DNA from: Felis catus
Taxonomy: Eukaryota
NCBI RefSeq assembly: GCF_018350175.1
Contig: NC_058368.1
Coordinates: 19,036,001-19,100,000 of the forward strand
Length of the DNA: 64,000 bases
Reading direction: 5' to 3'
Each line of letters begins with the position of its first letter. Positions within the stretch are counted from its first letter, which is position 1. Below, in pieces: positions 25,151 to 38,205 of the stretch. The translations under genes were made by a program, and so were the position numbers. The notes below the pieces were generated by a model. That model saw only the letters and a list, made by a program, of their open reading frames with translations, was not told the origin of the DNA and ran no database searches.

Positions 25151-25308
25151 TTACTTATTTGAGAGGGAGAGAGGGAGAGAATCCCAAGCAAGCTCCATGC
25201 TGTCAGCATGAAGACTGACATGGGGCTCGATCCCATGAACTGTGAGATCATGACCTGAGTTGAAATCAAGAGTTGGATCCTTAACTGACTAAGCCACCCA
25301 GGTGCCAC
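25148..25308 (-). mobile_element. Can-SINE nested in L1
   Basis: SINE head/body on -. Confidence 0.88.
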
Positions 25309-25694
25309 CTATATCTTTTCAAATTAGGGTTTTAATATTCTTTGGGTAAATACCCAGTAGAATTACTGGATCACATGATAATTCTATTTTTAATTAATAG
25401 TTTCCACAGTGCCTGCACCAATTTGCATTCCCACCAATAATGTACGAAGGCTCTTCCTTCTCCAGTTCCTTGTTATTTCTTGTGTTCTTGATTCTAGCCA
25501 TTTTGATATGTGTGAAGCTATAGGTCATTGTGGTTCTAATTCATATTTCCTTGATGACTAGTGATGTTGAACATCTTTTCATGTGTCTGTTGGCCATGTG
25601 TAGTAGGTCTTTTTTGGAAAAATGTCTATTCAGGTCCTCTGCCCATTTTTTAGTCTGATACTTTATTTTTTGGTGTTGAGTTGTAGATGTTCTT

Positions 25695-25921
25695 TTTAAA
25701 AAATGTTTTCATGTTTATTTATTTTGAAAGAGAGAGAGGGAGAGAGCGCACACACACAAGTGAGCAGGGGAGAGGCGGAGAGGGAGAGAGAGAATCCCAA
25801 GCAGGCTCCATACTGTCAGTGCAGAGCTGGATGTCAGGCTCAGTCTCATGAATCATGAGATCATGACCTGATCTAAGATCAAGAGTCAGATGCTTAACCA
25901 ACTGAGTCACCCAGGTGCCCC
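25695..25921 (-). mobile_element. Can-SINE nested in L1
   Basis: Flanks agttgtagatgttcttt / agttgtgtatgttcttt. Confidence 0.88.
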
Positions 25922-27324
25922 TAGTTGTGTATGTTCTTTATATATTCTGGGTATTAGCCCCTTATCAGATCTTTTACAAATATCCTCTCCTATTCAGTAG
26001 GTTGTCTTTTCATTTGGTTAATGGATTTCTTCATTGTGCAAAAAAGCTTTTCCTTTTGGTGTAGTACCATAGTTTAATTTTGCTTTTATTTCCCTTACCT
26101 TAGGAGACATATCTAAAAAAATGTTGCTATGGCTATGTTAAAGAAATTACTGCCTATACTCTCTTCTATGAATTTTATGGTTTCAGGTCTCACATTTAGG
26201 TCTTTAATCATCTGTGAGTTTGTGTGTATGGTGTAAGAAAGTGGTAGAGTTTCCCTCCTTTGTATGTAGCTGTCCAGTTTTCCCAATATCATTTGTTAAA
26301 GAGACGGTCTTTTTCCTATTGTATATTCTTGCCTCGTTTGTCCTAGATTAATTGACCATAAAAGGGTGGGTTTATTTGGGGGCTAATTATTCTGTTCCAT
26401 TGATGCTTCTATTTTGGTGACAGCACCATACTGTTATGATTACTACAACTTAGTATATCTTGAAATCTGGGATTGTGATACTCCCAGCTTCATTGTTCTT
26501 TGTCAAGATTGCTTTGGCTATTTGGGGTCTTTTGTGGTTCCATGTGAATTTTAGGATTATTCGTTCTATTTCTGTGAAAAATGTTGTTGGTATTTTGATA
26601 GGGTTTGCGTTAAATCTGTGGATTGCTTTAGGTAGTATGGACATTTTAACAATTTAAAATTTTAACAATGGGGTTGTTTTTCTTAATTTCTTTTTCTGCT
26701 ACTTCATTATTAGTGTATAGAAATGCAACACATTTCTCTATGTTAATTTGGTATCCTGTGACTTTATTGAATTATCAGTTCTGGAAGTTTTTGCTGAAGG
26801 ACTTTATATAGTATCATGGCATCTGCCAATAGGGACAGCTTTACTTCTTTCTTACCAATTTGAATGCCTTTTATTTCTTTTTCTTGTCCGACTGCTGTGG
26901 CCAGGACTTCCAATAGTATGATGAATAAAAGTAGTGATAGTAGTAGACATCTTTGTCTTGTTACTGATCTTAGAGGAAAAGCTCTTGGTTTTTAACATTG
27001 AGGATGATGTTAGCTGTGAGTTTTTTATGTATGGCCTTTATTATGTTGAGGTATATTCCCTCTAACCCTTGAGAATTTTTATCACAAAAGGATGTTGTAT
27101 TTTGTCAAGTGGTTTTCTGCATCTATTGAAATGATCATATGGTTTTTATACTTTCTCTTGTTAATGTGATGTGTCACTGTTGATTCATTTAAAAATACTG
27201 AACCACCCTTGTATCCCTGGAATGGATGATGATGAATTTTTTTTAATGTATTGTTGGATTCAGTTTGCTAATATTTTTTGAGGATTTTTACGTCTATGTT
27301 CATCAGAGATATTGGCCTGCAGTT

Positions 27325-27325
27325 T

Positions 27326-27371
<46 letters not shown>
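27325..27371. repeat. (TTTC)n microsatellite
   Basis: About 11 perfect units. Confidence 0.95.
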
Positions 27372-27378
<7 letters not shown>

Positions 27379-28011
27379 TCTTCTTCCTCTTTGGTAGTAT
27401 CTTTATCTCATTTTGGTATCAGGATAATACTGGACTCTTAGAATGATTTTGGAAACTTTCCCTCTTCTACTTTTTGGAATACTTTGAGGAGAATAGGTAT
27501 TAGCTGTTCTTTAAATGTTTGGTAGAATTCACCTGTGATGTCATCTGGTCCTGGACTTTTGTTTGTTGGAAGTTTTTTGATTACTGATTCAATTTCATTG
27601 CTAGTAATTGGTCTGTTCAAATCTTCTATTTGTTCCTGATTCAATTTTAGAAGACTGTATGTTTCTATGAATTTATCCATTTCTTCTAGGTTGTCCAATT
27701 TGTCAGCATTTAATTTTTCATAATATTCTCTTACAATCTTTTGTACTTCTGTGGTGTCTGTTATTTCTCTTTCATTTATGATTTTGAGTCCTCTCTCCTT
27801 TTTTTGAAATGTGTGGCTAAAAATTTGTAATTTTTTTTGTCTTTTCAAAGAGCCAGCTCCTGGTTTCAATGATCTGTTCTATTGTGTTTTTAGTTTATGT
27901 ATCATTTATTTTTGTTGTAATCTTTATTATATCTTTCCTTCTACTAGCTTTGGGCTTTATTCCTCTTCTTCCAACTCATTTAGTTATAAGGTTAGGTTTC
28001 TTGAGATTTTT

Positions 28012-28574
28012 TTAAATTAATTTTTTAATTTACATACATGTAAATTTACATCCATGTTGCATGTAGCGCAACAATCATTTCTGGAGTAGATTCCTTAATG
28101 CTCCTTACCCATTTAGCCTATCCCCCTCCCATAACCCCTCCAGCAACCTTCTATTCGTTCTCCATATTTAAGAGTCTCTTATGTTTTGTCCCCCTCCCTG
28201 TTTTGGTATTATTTTTGCTTCCTTTCCCCTATGTACATCTGTATCTTAAAGTCCTCATATGAGTGAAGTCATAGGGTATTTGTCTTTCTCTAATTTCGCT
28301 TAGCATAATACCCTCTAGTTCCATTCACTTAGTTGCAAATGGCAAGATTTCATTCTTTTTGAATGCTGAGTAATACTCCATTGTATATATACATACCACA
28401 TCTTCTTTATCCATTCATCCATCGATGGACATTTGGGCTCTTTCCATACTTGGGCTGTGCATATGCATTGGCTGTACATTGGGGTGCATGTGCCCCTTCG
28501 AAACAGCATACCTGTATCCCTTGGATAAATACCTAGTAGTGCAATTGCTGGGTCGTAGGGTAGTTCTATTTTTA
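28012..28574 (-). mobile_element. Younger L1 3' end nested in the older L1
   Basis: TSD tcttgagattttt (27999-28011) / tctcgagattttt (28575-28587). Confidence 0.88.
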
Positions 28575-29282
28575 TCTCGAGATTTTTCTTGCTCTTGAGG
28601 TGACTTGTATTGCCACAATCTTCCCTCTTAGAACAGCTTTTGGTTCATCTGTAAGAGTTTGGACTGTTGTGTTTTCATTTTCATTTGTCTCCATTTTTTG
28701 ATTTCCTCTTTCATTTCTTGGTTGACCCATTTATTGATAGTAGCATATTATTTAGCCTCCATGTATTTGTGTTAAGTTTTTTCTTGTGATTGATTTCTAG
28801 TTTCATACCATTGTGGTCATAAAAGATGTATGATAGGATTCCAGTCTTTTTGAATTTATTGAGCTTTGTTTTATAGCCTAACATGTGATCTATTCTGGAG
28901 AATGTTCCATGTACACTCGAAAATAATGTGTATTCTGCTGTTTGGGGATGGAATGTCCTGTTATATATTAGGTCCATCTGGTCCTATTTCCTTGTTGATT
29001 TTCTGCCTGGATGATCTATCCATTGATGTAAATGGGCTGTAAAATCCCCTACTATTTTTGTGTTACTGTCAGTTTCTTTCTTTAGATCTGTTAGTAGCTG
29101 CTTTTTGTATTGAGATGCTTCCATGTTGGGTGCATATTTACAGTTATATCCTCTTGTTGGATTGTTCCTTTATCATTTAATGTCCTTGTCTCTAGTTACC
29201 ATCTTTGTTTTAAAATTTATTTTGTCTAAGTATTGTGACCCCAGATTTTGCATGGTAAGTGTTTTTCCATCTATTTACTTTC

Positions 29283-29344
29283 TTTTTTAAAAATTTATAT
29301 CCAAGTTAGCATATAGTGCGATAATGATTTCAGGAGTAGATTTG
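29283..29344 (-). mobile_element. 62-bp ultra-truncated L1 tail
   Basis: Perfect 15-bp TSD catctatttactttc (29268-29282, 29345-29359). Confidence 0.85.
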
Positions 29345-29640
29345 CATCTATTTACTTTCAGTCTGCATGTGTCTTAGGTCTGAAGTGAGTCTCTTGTAGG
29401 CAGCATATAGATGGGTCTTGCTTTCTTAACCATTCAATCGTCCCGTGTCTTTTGATTGGAGCATTTAGTCCATTTAAAGTAATTATCATTAGGTATATAC
29501 TTATTGCCATTGTGTTACTTGTTTTACGGTTGTGTTTTTATAGTTTTTCCCTGTTCTTATCTTCTCTTCCTCTCTTCCCTTGTGGTTTTATGGTTTTCTT
29601 TAGTGTTATGCTTGGATTTGTTTCTATTTTTTGCATTTCT

Positions 29641-29864
29641 TTTTTTTTTAAATTTTTTTTTCAACGTTTATTTATTTTTGCGACAGAGAGAGACAGAGCA
29701 TGAACGGGGGAGGGGCAGAGAGAGAGGGAGACACAGAATCGGAAACAGGCTCCAGGCTCTGAGCCATCAGCGCAGAGCCTGACGCGGGGCTCGAACTCAC
29801 GGACCGCGAGATCGTGACCTGGCTGAAGTCGGACGCTTAACCGACTGTGCCACCCAGGCGCCCC
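29641..29864 (-). mobile_element. Very young feline Can-SINE
   Basis: Perfect 18-bp TSD tctattttttgcatttct (29623-29640, 29865-29882); CpGs intact. Confidence 0.95.
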
Positions 29865-30380
29865 TCTATTTTTTGCATTTCTATTGCAAGTTTTTGAGTT
29901 ATGAGTACCATTAAGCTCATATATACACATGTTATACACAGAGCAGTCTATATTAAGTTTATGGTTGCTTAAGTTTGAACACATTCTAAAAGCAGTAAAC
30001 TTTTACTTTGTACCAACCATGTTTTATGCACATGATGTCATACTTTATATCCTTTTATTTCACAAATCCCTTGGCTGATTTTTGTAGACATAATTGATTT
30101 TAGTGTGTTTATGCTTTAACCTCTATACTGGTTTTATGATTTATCTACTGCTTTTAATATATGTTTGCATTTACCTGTGAATTTTTTTCCTGTCATAATT
30201 TTCTTACTTCTGATTATGGTCTTTTCTTTCCACTCAAAGAATTCCTTTTAACATGTCTTGTAAGCCTGGTTTAGTGGTAATGAACTCCTTTAACTTTTGT
30301 TTGGGAAATTTTTTCTCTCTCCTTATGAATGGTGGACTTGCTGAGTAGAGTATTCTTGATTGCAGGTTTTTTCCTTTCAG

Positions 30381-31520
30381 GTTGATATCAGCCTTAGCAC
30401 CATTTTTCTAGATTTGTCTCCTCCAGTATGGGAAACAAAAGGAACGATAAGCTATTGGGACTTCTCTAAAGTAAGCTTTTTCACAGTCAGGGAAACCACC
30501 AACAAATTGAAAAGGCAACCTCCTGAGTGGGAGGAAATATTTTCAAATGGTATATCTTATAAGGAGTTAATATCCAAATATAAAGAACTTATAAAACTCA
30601 ACACCAAAAAATAAATCCAATTTAAAGGTGGGCAGAGGACCTGAATAGACATTTTCCAAAGAGGACACACACACGAAAAGATACCCAACGTCAGTAACCA
30701 TGACAGAAATGTAAACCAAAACCACAATGAGATATCACTTAACACCTGTCAGGATGGCTACAATAAAAAAGACAAGAAATAACAAGTGTTGGCAACGATG
30801 TGGTGAATGAGGAACACTTGTGCACCGCTAGTTGGAACGTAAATTGGTGCAGCCACTGCAGAAAACCGTATTGATGTTCCTCAAGAAATGAAAAATGCAA
30901 ACACCATATGATCCAGTAATTGCACTACCAGGAATCTATCCAAAGAAAACAAAAACAGTAATTTGAAAAGATATCTGCACCTCTATGTTTATTGCAGCAT
31001 TATTTATAATAGCCAAGATATGGAAGCTACTCAAGTGTCCACTGATAGATGAATGAATAAAGTGGTATATAAATACAATGGAATATTACCCATAAAAAGA
31101 AGGAGATTTTGCCATTTGTGAGAACATGGATGGACTTAGAGGGTATTATGCTAAATGAAAGAAGTCAGACAAAAAAGGACAAATACCATTTGGTTTTACT
31201 TATACGTGGAATCTAAAAAGTGAAACAAACAAATGCACAAACAGAAAAAGCAGAACCAGACCTGTAAAAATAGAGAACTGATGGTTGCCAAAGGGGAAGC
31301 AAGTGGCGAGGTGAAGGAGAGTGGGAGAGAAAGGCTTCCAGCTATGTAATGAATAGATCATGGGGATAAAAGGTACAGCATTAGGAAATACAGTGAGTGA
31401 TATTGTATGTGTATGATGTTGGACAGTTGCTACACTTGTGAACATAACATACAGACTCGTCAAATCACTAGGTCATATGTCTAAAACTAACATTTTGTGT
31501 CAAATATACCTCAATAAAAA
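30381..31520 (+). mobile_element. LINE-1 3' portion (ORF2 C-terminus plus 3' UTR)
   Basis: ETTNKLKRQPPEWEEIF remnant; ends ...cctcaataaaaa. Confidence 0.88.
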
Positions 31521-31524
31521 GAGT

Positions 31525-31839
31525 TTGTTTTAAAAGATCTTATTTTGGGGGCGCCTGGGTGGCTCGGTCCGTTGGGTGACTGACTTCACTCGGGTCATGA
31601 TCTCACTGATAGTGAGTTCGAGCTCCATGTCAGGCTCTGTGCTGATAGCTCAGAGCCTGGAGCCTGCTTCGGATTCTGTGTCTTCCTCTCTCTCTGCCCC
31701 TCTCTCTCCTTCAAAAATAAACATTAAAAAATTTTTTAAATATTTTATTTTTAAGTAGTCTCCATACCCAATGTGGAGCTTGAATTTACAACCCCAAGAT
31801 CAAACGTCACATGCTCTGACTGAACCAACCAGGAGCCCC
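31525..31839. mobile_element. + strand Can-SINE (31547-31740) inserted in the tail of a short older - strand SINE
   Basis: ggggcgcctgggtggctcgg head; then ttaagtagtctccatacccaatgtggagcttgaa...caggagcccc. Confidence 0.8.
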
Positions 31840-32211
31840 AAGAAAAAGTTTATAAAAATAAGGAGAGACAACATGTAGAAGTCCAAGAATTGTTACTATA
31901 AAAGAGTGGCAACAACAACAACAAAAAAAATGAAAGCCAATGTTGCTGGAGCTAATTTATGGAGGGACAGAGAGGAAGGGATAAAATCAGAGAAGTGGAT
32001 GGTGAGGGATAGAGCTGGTGTAGTGAGACATGCCAGAGACATCCTAGTTCAAGACAACAGAGATTTACCAAGCTCCACCTATGTGTCATGGCCTGGGGGA
32101 TTCAAAGATGAATGGATAATGGTCTCTGTCCTTACGCAGTTTGCAATATAGGCTATATCCCCCGACTTAGACTATAGTGTTATAAATACACCTTAATAAT
32201 AAGCAAATGGC

Positions 32212-32640
32212 CACCCATAGTTTGAGTTCTCCTAGAAGCAGACCCTGAGCCAACCATTAAGGTGCTAGTGATTTACAAAGGAAGTGTTCCTAGGAGGAAT
32301 TCATAAGAGCCAAGGAAGGGTGGGATTTCAAGCAACAGCTTCAGCTTGATCCATGGGGAATTCTTTAGTGTAAATTGTACTGCCGAATTTGTCACACTTT
32401 GAAGCAATAGAGTTAGGTTTTTGTACACCTGCTAAATGGCTATGGGCTGCCCAACAGGGTGGTGTCACTCTCAGGCATTTTGGGTTCCATGTAGGTGAAT
32501 TGGCTCCAGTGGTAATTCTCTGAAGATTATAGCAAAGGGAGTGGAAGCTGGGGGGTGGGAGCACAGAGATGTTAGAGGGGATCCAAGGGGATGCTGATGG
32601 GGCACCAAGAGTCTCCACCCCCAAGGGCTAACAGAACTTC
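32212..32640. mobile_element. Old MaLR (MLT1-like) LTR
   Basis: tttgagttctcctagaagcagaccctgag...gtgattta...ggaagtgttcctaggagg. Confidence 0.6.
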
Positions 32641-33136
32641 TTAGCCTAGAAGATAGGGCTTGAAGGACAGGTGGAGGATAATAAGTGAAATAAAACAAAA
32701 AAAAAACAAAAGAAGGCTGGTGTCATTAGCTGTGGCCTGATTATTTACATGGGTGCAGAAAGAATGTTAACTTACCATGTGGGCCTTCTTAAGTCAGCTC
32801 TGCAAGCCTGGGCCCACATTGTACTAAACAACTGCTAAGGTTGCAACTTTGTCTGGAAGTCTACATGAGGAATCTCAAACTGGACGTTTATAATCCATTT
32901 CATGTTAGCCCAAGACGAGCAAACCAAACCCATGAAATTCTCTACCACTTTTCCCCTGCAGAGCTCCCACATTTGGGTCAGTTCCTTTGTTCTCCACATC
33001 TGTGCCTTATAGTTTTAAGTACACAACGTTTCCACAGATCTTATCTAAAACTTAAAATATGAACAGAGAAATCACAGTCTTAGGATATATCAGACTGAGA
33101 AACATGAAATTGTAGAAGTTATTTAAAACCTTTCTA

Positions 33137-33335
33137 ATTTTTAAAAATGCTTACTTTGAGAGAGAGAGGGAGCACACATGGGGGAGGGACAGAGAGAGAG
33201 GAAGAGACAGAATCCTGGGCAGGCTCTGAGTTGTCAGTGCAGAGCCCGAGGTGGGGCTCGAACTCACAAACCATGAGATCATGACCTGAGCCAAAATCAA
33301 GAGTCAGACACTTAACTGAGCCACCCAGGAGCCCC
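33137..33335 (-). mobile_element. Can-SINE
   Basis: SINE body on -. Confidence 0.88.
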
Positions 33336-35506
33336 TAAAACATTTTTAAGCTTAGAATTTTGAGAAACTATTCCCACTCTCACTATTCATATTAGAAAAA
33401 TATATTAAAACTCCACTGGACTGAATGCCTATTTGCCTGTTTAATACGGAGGTTTGTATAGATACTATTGGTCTCATTAACAAAGAGGAAACTGAAGCAG
33501 AATATACACGCAGATACAATCCTGGCTCTCATGCCACTGAGTTGGTTTTATCATTGGGTTTATATTTCTCAGTGGAAGAAACTGCTCCTATGGCCGACTG
33601 TGTTGCTTCTCTGGCTGTAGAATAAAGCAGTTTACTCTTTCTCCAGGACCCCACGGAATGTGGAAAGGGAACGGAGCAAAGCGCTGCTGTCCCAGCAAAG
33701 CGCTGCTGTCCCCCACCTTCTAACACCTGTTGCATAAGCCTGGTTCTACCCTGGGGAGGTCTCACAGCCGTAGAGTTCTGAGGTCAGCCATTAGGATCCG
33801 CCGTAACCCTGTCCCTCCTAATTCACACACAGCCCCTGAAACAGTCCTGATGGACTCCGCAGGGGACTTTGCAGTCTGCAAAACCTTTTCACAAACAGTT
33901 GCTCATTTATATACATAGGCAGCCTTCTGCTAGAACAGACTGTGTTTCAAGGGTCCGCCTGCACAATGCTTGTTTGGAAACCTAGACTCAAATTTCCCAC
34001 AGAAACAAATGCTACTGGGTTGACATTTGTTTTCACAAGCCAGAAACCTATGCGATCTGTTTGGGGTGATCCGTTAAAATTCCTCACCACCACCTCTATG
34101 TGTGTGGTGGGGAGGAAGGAACACATAAATAATTGGAAAAGAGCATTTTGTACTTTAATGAACTATAATTTTTTGACTCTGCAGTTTTTAAAATATATTT
34201 TAAAGGATTCTTTTATTTCTGAATAATTGGATGAAATGTTAAAAAAAAAAGTCTAGATCTTATTTTGTGTGACTCCCCAGAAGGCTAAAAATACTAGGCT
34301 GTCTGGATGGTTACCAATGCCCTGACACTGTACCAACCATGAGAGACCCAGCACCTCCACAGAGTCCACAATCTGACTTTGGGGAGCCAGAGCATTGCCC
34401 CCTGCTGCACCAATGGCAGCAAGAATGAGGCCCCATCCCCGTCCCCACCGAGGGGGCCCTGCTCTGTCCCCTCCCCTGTGAGCAGTGCAGGAAGTGAGGT
34501 GGGTCATGTAGAAAGAGAGCCATGAGGACAATTCCTCCCTGCTCCTCTTCTCCCTTTCTCAAGCCCCAGAGATGGACAGTCTGACCAATTCTCCTTCCTC
34601 CCTGGGGTGATGGTAGATCCCAGTCTCTCCTGACATTCTTGAAGAAGGTGAAGAGTTTTTAAAAAATTTATAAGGATTTTTACTTCCAGTAATAACTGAT
34701 AAGACACCCCCATAGCACCCAGGGTTCTCCCAACTCTTTCTGCGTTCATGTAGATTCAGGTAGACCTGGGTGCTGCTCCCTAGGAACCTTTCTTGACGGC
34801 CAGGGCCCAGTCTGTGTGCCCGCAACACTGTGGCCAGCTTTTAATCTACATGTACTCATTCCTCTCCTTCTTAAGGGCAAGGAAACACTAGCATGGGACC
34901 TGGCCCAAAGCAGGCACTTGGTAGTTATTCACAAAAAAGAATTTGTGGCAACAAAATTCATTTGTTGTTTGGGCATTTCAGATGTCTTTGGGTATTTAAG
35001 ACATATGAAGACATCTTGAGTTGCTGGGGGGAGAGGACTATGGATGGAGGAAGGAGGGGAGAGGGAGAAACCACTGTGATGAGACGAGGGTTTCTGAAAG
35101 GAACGTGTGAGAAAATGATACAAGGGTGCCTCTGCCAAGATGCACCCTGAGCTAAAGGTGGGTATGAGGACGAGGTGGTCTCCAGGGCTCATGGGCCCTT
35201 CCTGTCTTCTCCATCAGAGATCCTATTCTGAAAAGTCTGCCCCCAGCTGAGGCCAAAGCAGCAATGAGAACAGGAGAAAAGGGAAGGGGAGGGGGCCCCC
35301 TAGTTGGTGGTGGGAAAGGAAAAGAGAGGACATGAAAGGGCTCTTGGGCTCTTCCTGGGGGAGGGGTGCCTATGTAAGGATGCATGAGAGGACGGCCATG
35401 AGTTAGGATTTTTGGTACAGAGAGCTAGGAGCAACCCTCCTGCACTTGAAAACGAAGACCATCGCCCCCTCCTGCCCAATTCTCCAATTGTATGTAAAGC
35501 ACTTAC

Positions 35507-35612
35507 CGTGAATTGAATAAATAACGATTTTTTTAATCTTGAGTGTTTTTCTGGCAGGGAGATTCAAGTTGTAGATATTTTTCACGTCCGCAAAATATCC
35601 AACATATCTACT
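35507..35612 (-). CDS. TPTE2: TPTE2 coding exon, 106 nt (phosphatase/C2 junction)
   Basis: gttttgcag|AGT AGA TAT...CAC G|gtaagt; SRYVGYFADVKNIYNLNLPARKTLKIKKIVIYSIH(G). Confidence 0.94.
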
Positions 35613-36205
35613 CTGCAAAACAACAGAAGACTCAATTTAAGTGGAGATGAAAAACTCCGCATTCCCGATTTTTCTTTTTTTTTTTTTAACACAAAACTTA
35701 AGGCCAATCATTCACTAAAGAAACATTTGTTGGGTGTCATTATAGAACTAAGCATTTTCATGGTCGCTGCCTTATGACTCAGTATCTACCCCCCCAAAAA
35801 AAATATACCGAACTCAGTGCTGTGGGGAAGTAACAAGAAAGGAGCCAGGTGTTGCTTTTAGGCTGCTCATATCTGAGAGGGCATCTAACCAGAACCAACC
35901 AAGAGCTATGACATGACACCAAGATGTACCTGATGCAACTGTGAAAAAGGTCAATCTGAGGGTGGAGCCTTCGCGGTGACTGAGTTAAAGGAAGCTCTGT
36001 GGTTTGGTGAGGAGTTGCCTCCCAGTCATGAAAGAACTCAAGAAGACCTCCACAGGCCATTAACAGACACATATGCTCTTATCCCTGTGGCCAGCTTGAG
36101 TTTACTCACTTTCCATTTCCCCAATTCTATTTTTGTAAGGAAGCCTTGGATTCTCTTTGCCGAGTCCTTCGGTGGCAAGCTGCTCACGGGGCCTCTCCTT
36201 GACTC

Positions 36206-36328
36206 CTTTTTTAAGATTTATTTTATTTTTTAGTTTTTAAGTAATCTCTATACCCAACACAGGGCTCGAACTTACAACCCTGAGGTCAAGAGTTGCAGGC
36301 TCCACTGACCGAGCCAGCCAGGCGCCCC
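36206..36328 (-). mobile_element. Short Can-SINE variant
   Basis: TSD-like ctccttgactcctt / ctccccgactcctt; head ...gccagccaggcgcccc. Confidence 0.8.
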
Positions 36329-37084
36329 TCTCCCCGACTCCTTCTTCAAGAAGTGAAAGAGTTCTGACATTGAATCAAACGGACTTCAAAGCTCACAGAT
36401 TCTTTCCCACCCAATGGGAAGGGTTCATAAGATTAACTGCCACACTTTCCATTGGAAAGTGCCAGTCAAGAGAAACGCTCGAGCAAGTTCGTAGCCTATG
36501 GATGGATGAAGTGTAGTCCACAGAACGGGCCACATACACAGCCAAAACGTGATGGTATCTGCAATTTGCCACCCCCCAGGGAGGGAACGCTGTCTTGGGG
36601 CCCTGAGGACACAGCGCCCAAACCTGAGGCCGAGTGCTTGTTGTGCCAGTGAACCAGAAGACAGTCCGTGGCAGCCTCTGGTGTGCCGGTTCGGGAGTGA
36701 GGGGGACCGCACGGCACAGAAGCGGTGGGGAAGGGAAAATGTACAGGGAGCGTCCTTGAAGGAGTCGCATCTAACATCCCCTTGCTCCTGCCACCGGATT
36801 CTCTACTCTCCGCGGAAGGCTTGTCACGCAGCAGGGCCCTCAGGCTGCTTTTGCCCCCCCATCCTTCCTTCTCCTGGAGCTTAAAACAACGGGAGTTAAT
36901 ACAACGAACAGTGTGTTTAGTAAGCGTTCCCTACAAACAGCACTTTGGGATGCAAAAGGTGCTAAGATGGGTAAGGCAGGGGCCTTGCCTGCCCAAGAGG
37001 TAGAGAAGTCAAACAGCCAGAGAACAATGCGAAATAACTTCGTCCCCCGCCGAACACAAAAATCAGAGCCTACTTTGGCTCTTA

Positions 37085-37940
37085 TAATTGGCTTTGGAGT
37101 CTGACAGAGCTGGATTTGAGCTCTTGATTCAAAAAGTTAGTTTCCCTGAACCTCCATTTCCCAATCTATAAAATGGGCACCATTTTACGTTCAGAGTTTT
37201 TGAGAATATTACAGGAGGTAATGAACATGCATGCTTTCTACAACAAAGTCTACAATGTCGTAAGCTCTATAGGATAAATATCCTGGCTTCTGCAATAAAC
37301 ACATTTTAAGCTATAAAAGAGACAGGTGGGAAACCTATAAACTACAAGAGACTGAAGAGATATAGCAACCAAATGAAATGTGTGACCCTTGTTTGGATCC
37401 TGACTGAAGCAAACTACATTTTAGAAACATTTTGAGATGATTATGAAAATTTAAACATGCACTAGCCACTTGTTATTATCAAGGCATTATTAAGGTCTAA
37501 CATTTTTAGATTTGATAAATGGTTTTAAGGTGCTTTTTCCCCTCAAGAATCTATGTTGGATGTCATATTAAAATACTCGTGGGATAGTATGGTCTGATGG
37601 CTGGGATTTCCTTCACAGTAATCCAAATTCAGAGAAAAAGTGGAGAAGGGGAGTGTGTGTGAGGAGATTGGGGAGGGAATGAATGATGGGTGATAAAATG
37701 ATTGTTGAAGTGCTGTGAGGGCTATAAGGGGACTTATTATAAGACTGTCTTGACTTTTTTAAAATTAATTATTTTGAAAGAGAGAGTGAGTGTGAGTGAG
37801 CACAGGGAGGGGCAGAGACAGAGGGAGAGAATCCCAAGCAGGGTCCATGGTGACAGCATGGAGCCTGACACGGGGTTCGAACCCCAGGCACCCCTGTTTT
37901 GATGTTTTTGTTTGAAATTGTCCATCATAAAACATTTTTA
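37085..37940 (+). mobile_element. MIR fragment followed by an ancient L1M 3' end with an internally deleted Can-SINE (37755-37894, -)
   Basis: ggctttggagtctgacagagctggatttga; aagagactgaagagatatagcaaccaaatg...cttgtttggatcctga. Confidence 0.55.
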
Positions 37941-38205
37941 AAAGGACGAAATAGGGTAACTGCATATATTTCACATGGGTTTTCTGAGTATTAAATGAGA
38001 TAATATATGTCAAAGTGCAATTGTGTCTAGTATATAATACGTTTCTGAAAGATATTCATTTCCCCTCTTCTTTCGCTTTCAAAATACAGCAGCCTCTCCT
38101 GTCTCTTTCTCTCTCTCGCACACACAGACGTGATGTTCTGCAAGAGTTGAATTGCCCCAGTAGGGGTTTGTGAAAGACTTGAGTTCCTCTTTAAAGGAAA
38201 ATCAA

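Larger units (their letters stand above)
24168..30380 (-). mobile_element. Decayed ~6 kb LINE-1 (ORF1 C-terminus, ORF2, 3' UTR) carrying nested SINEs, L1 tails and microsatellites
   Basis: ORF2 remnants [52 protein letters not shown] on -; AATAAA on - at 24168-24173. Confidence 0.92.

Noticed and set aside
24278..25308. Long Tyr/Ile/His/Met-rich ORFs
   Set aside because: Translation artefacts of (TA)n/(TG)n repeats plus SINE sequence.
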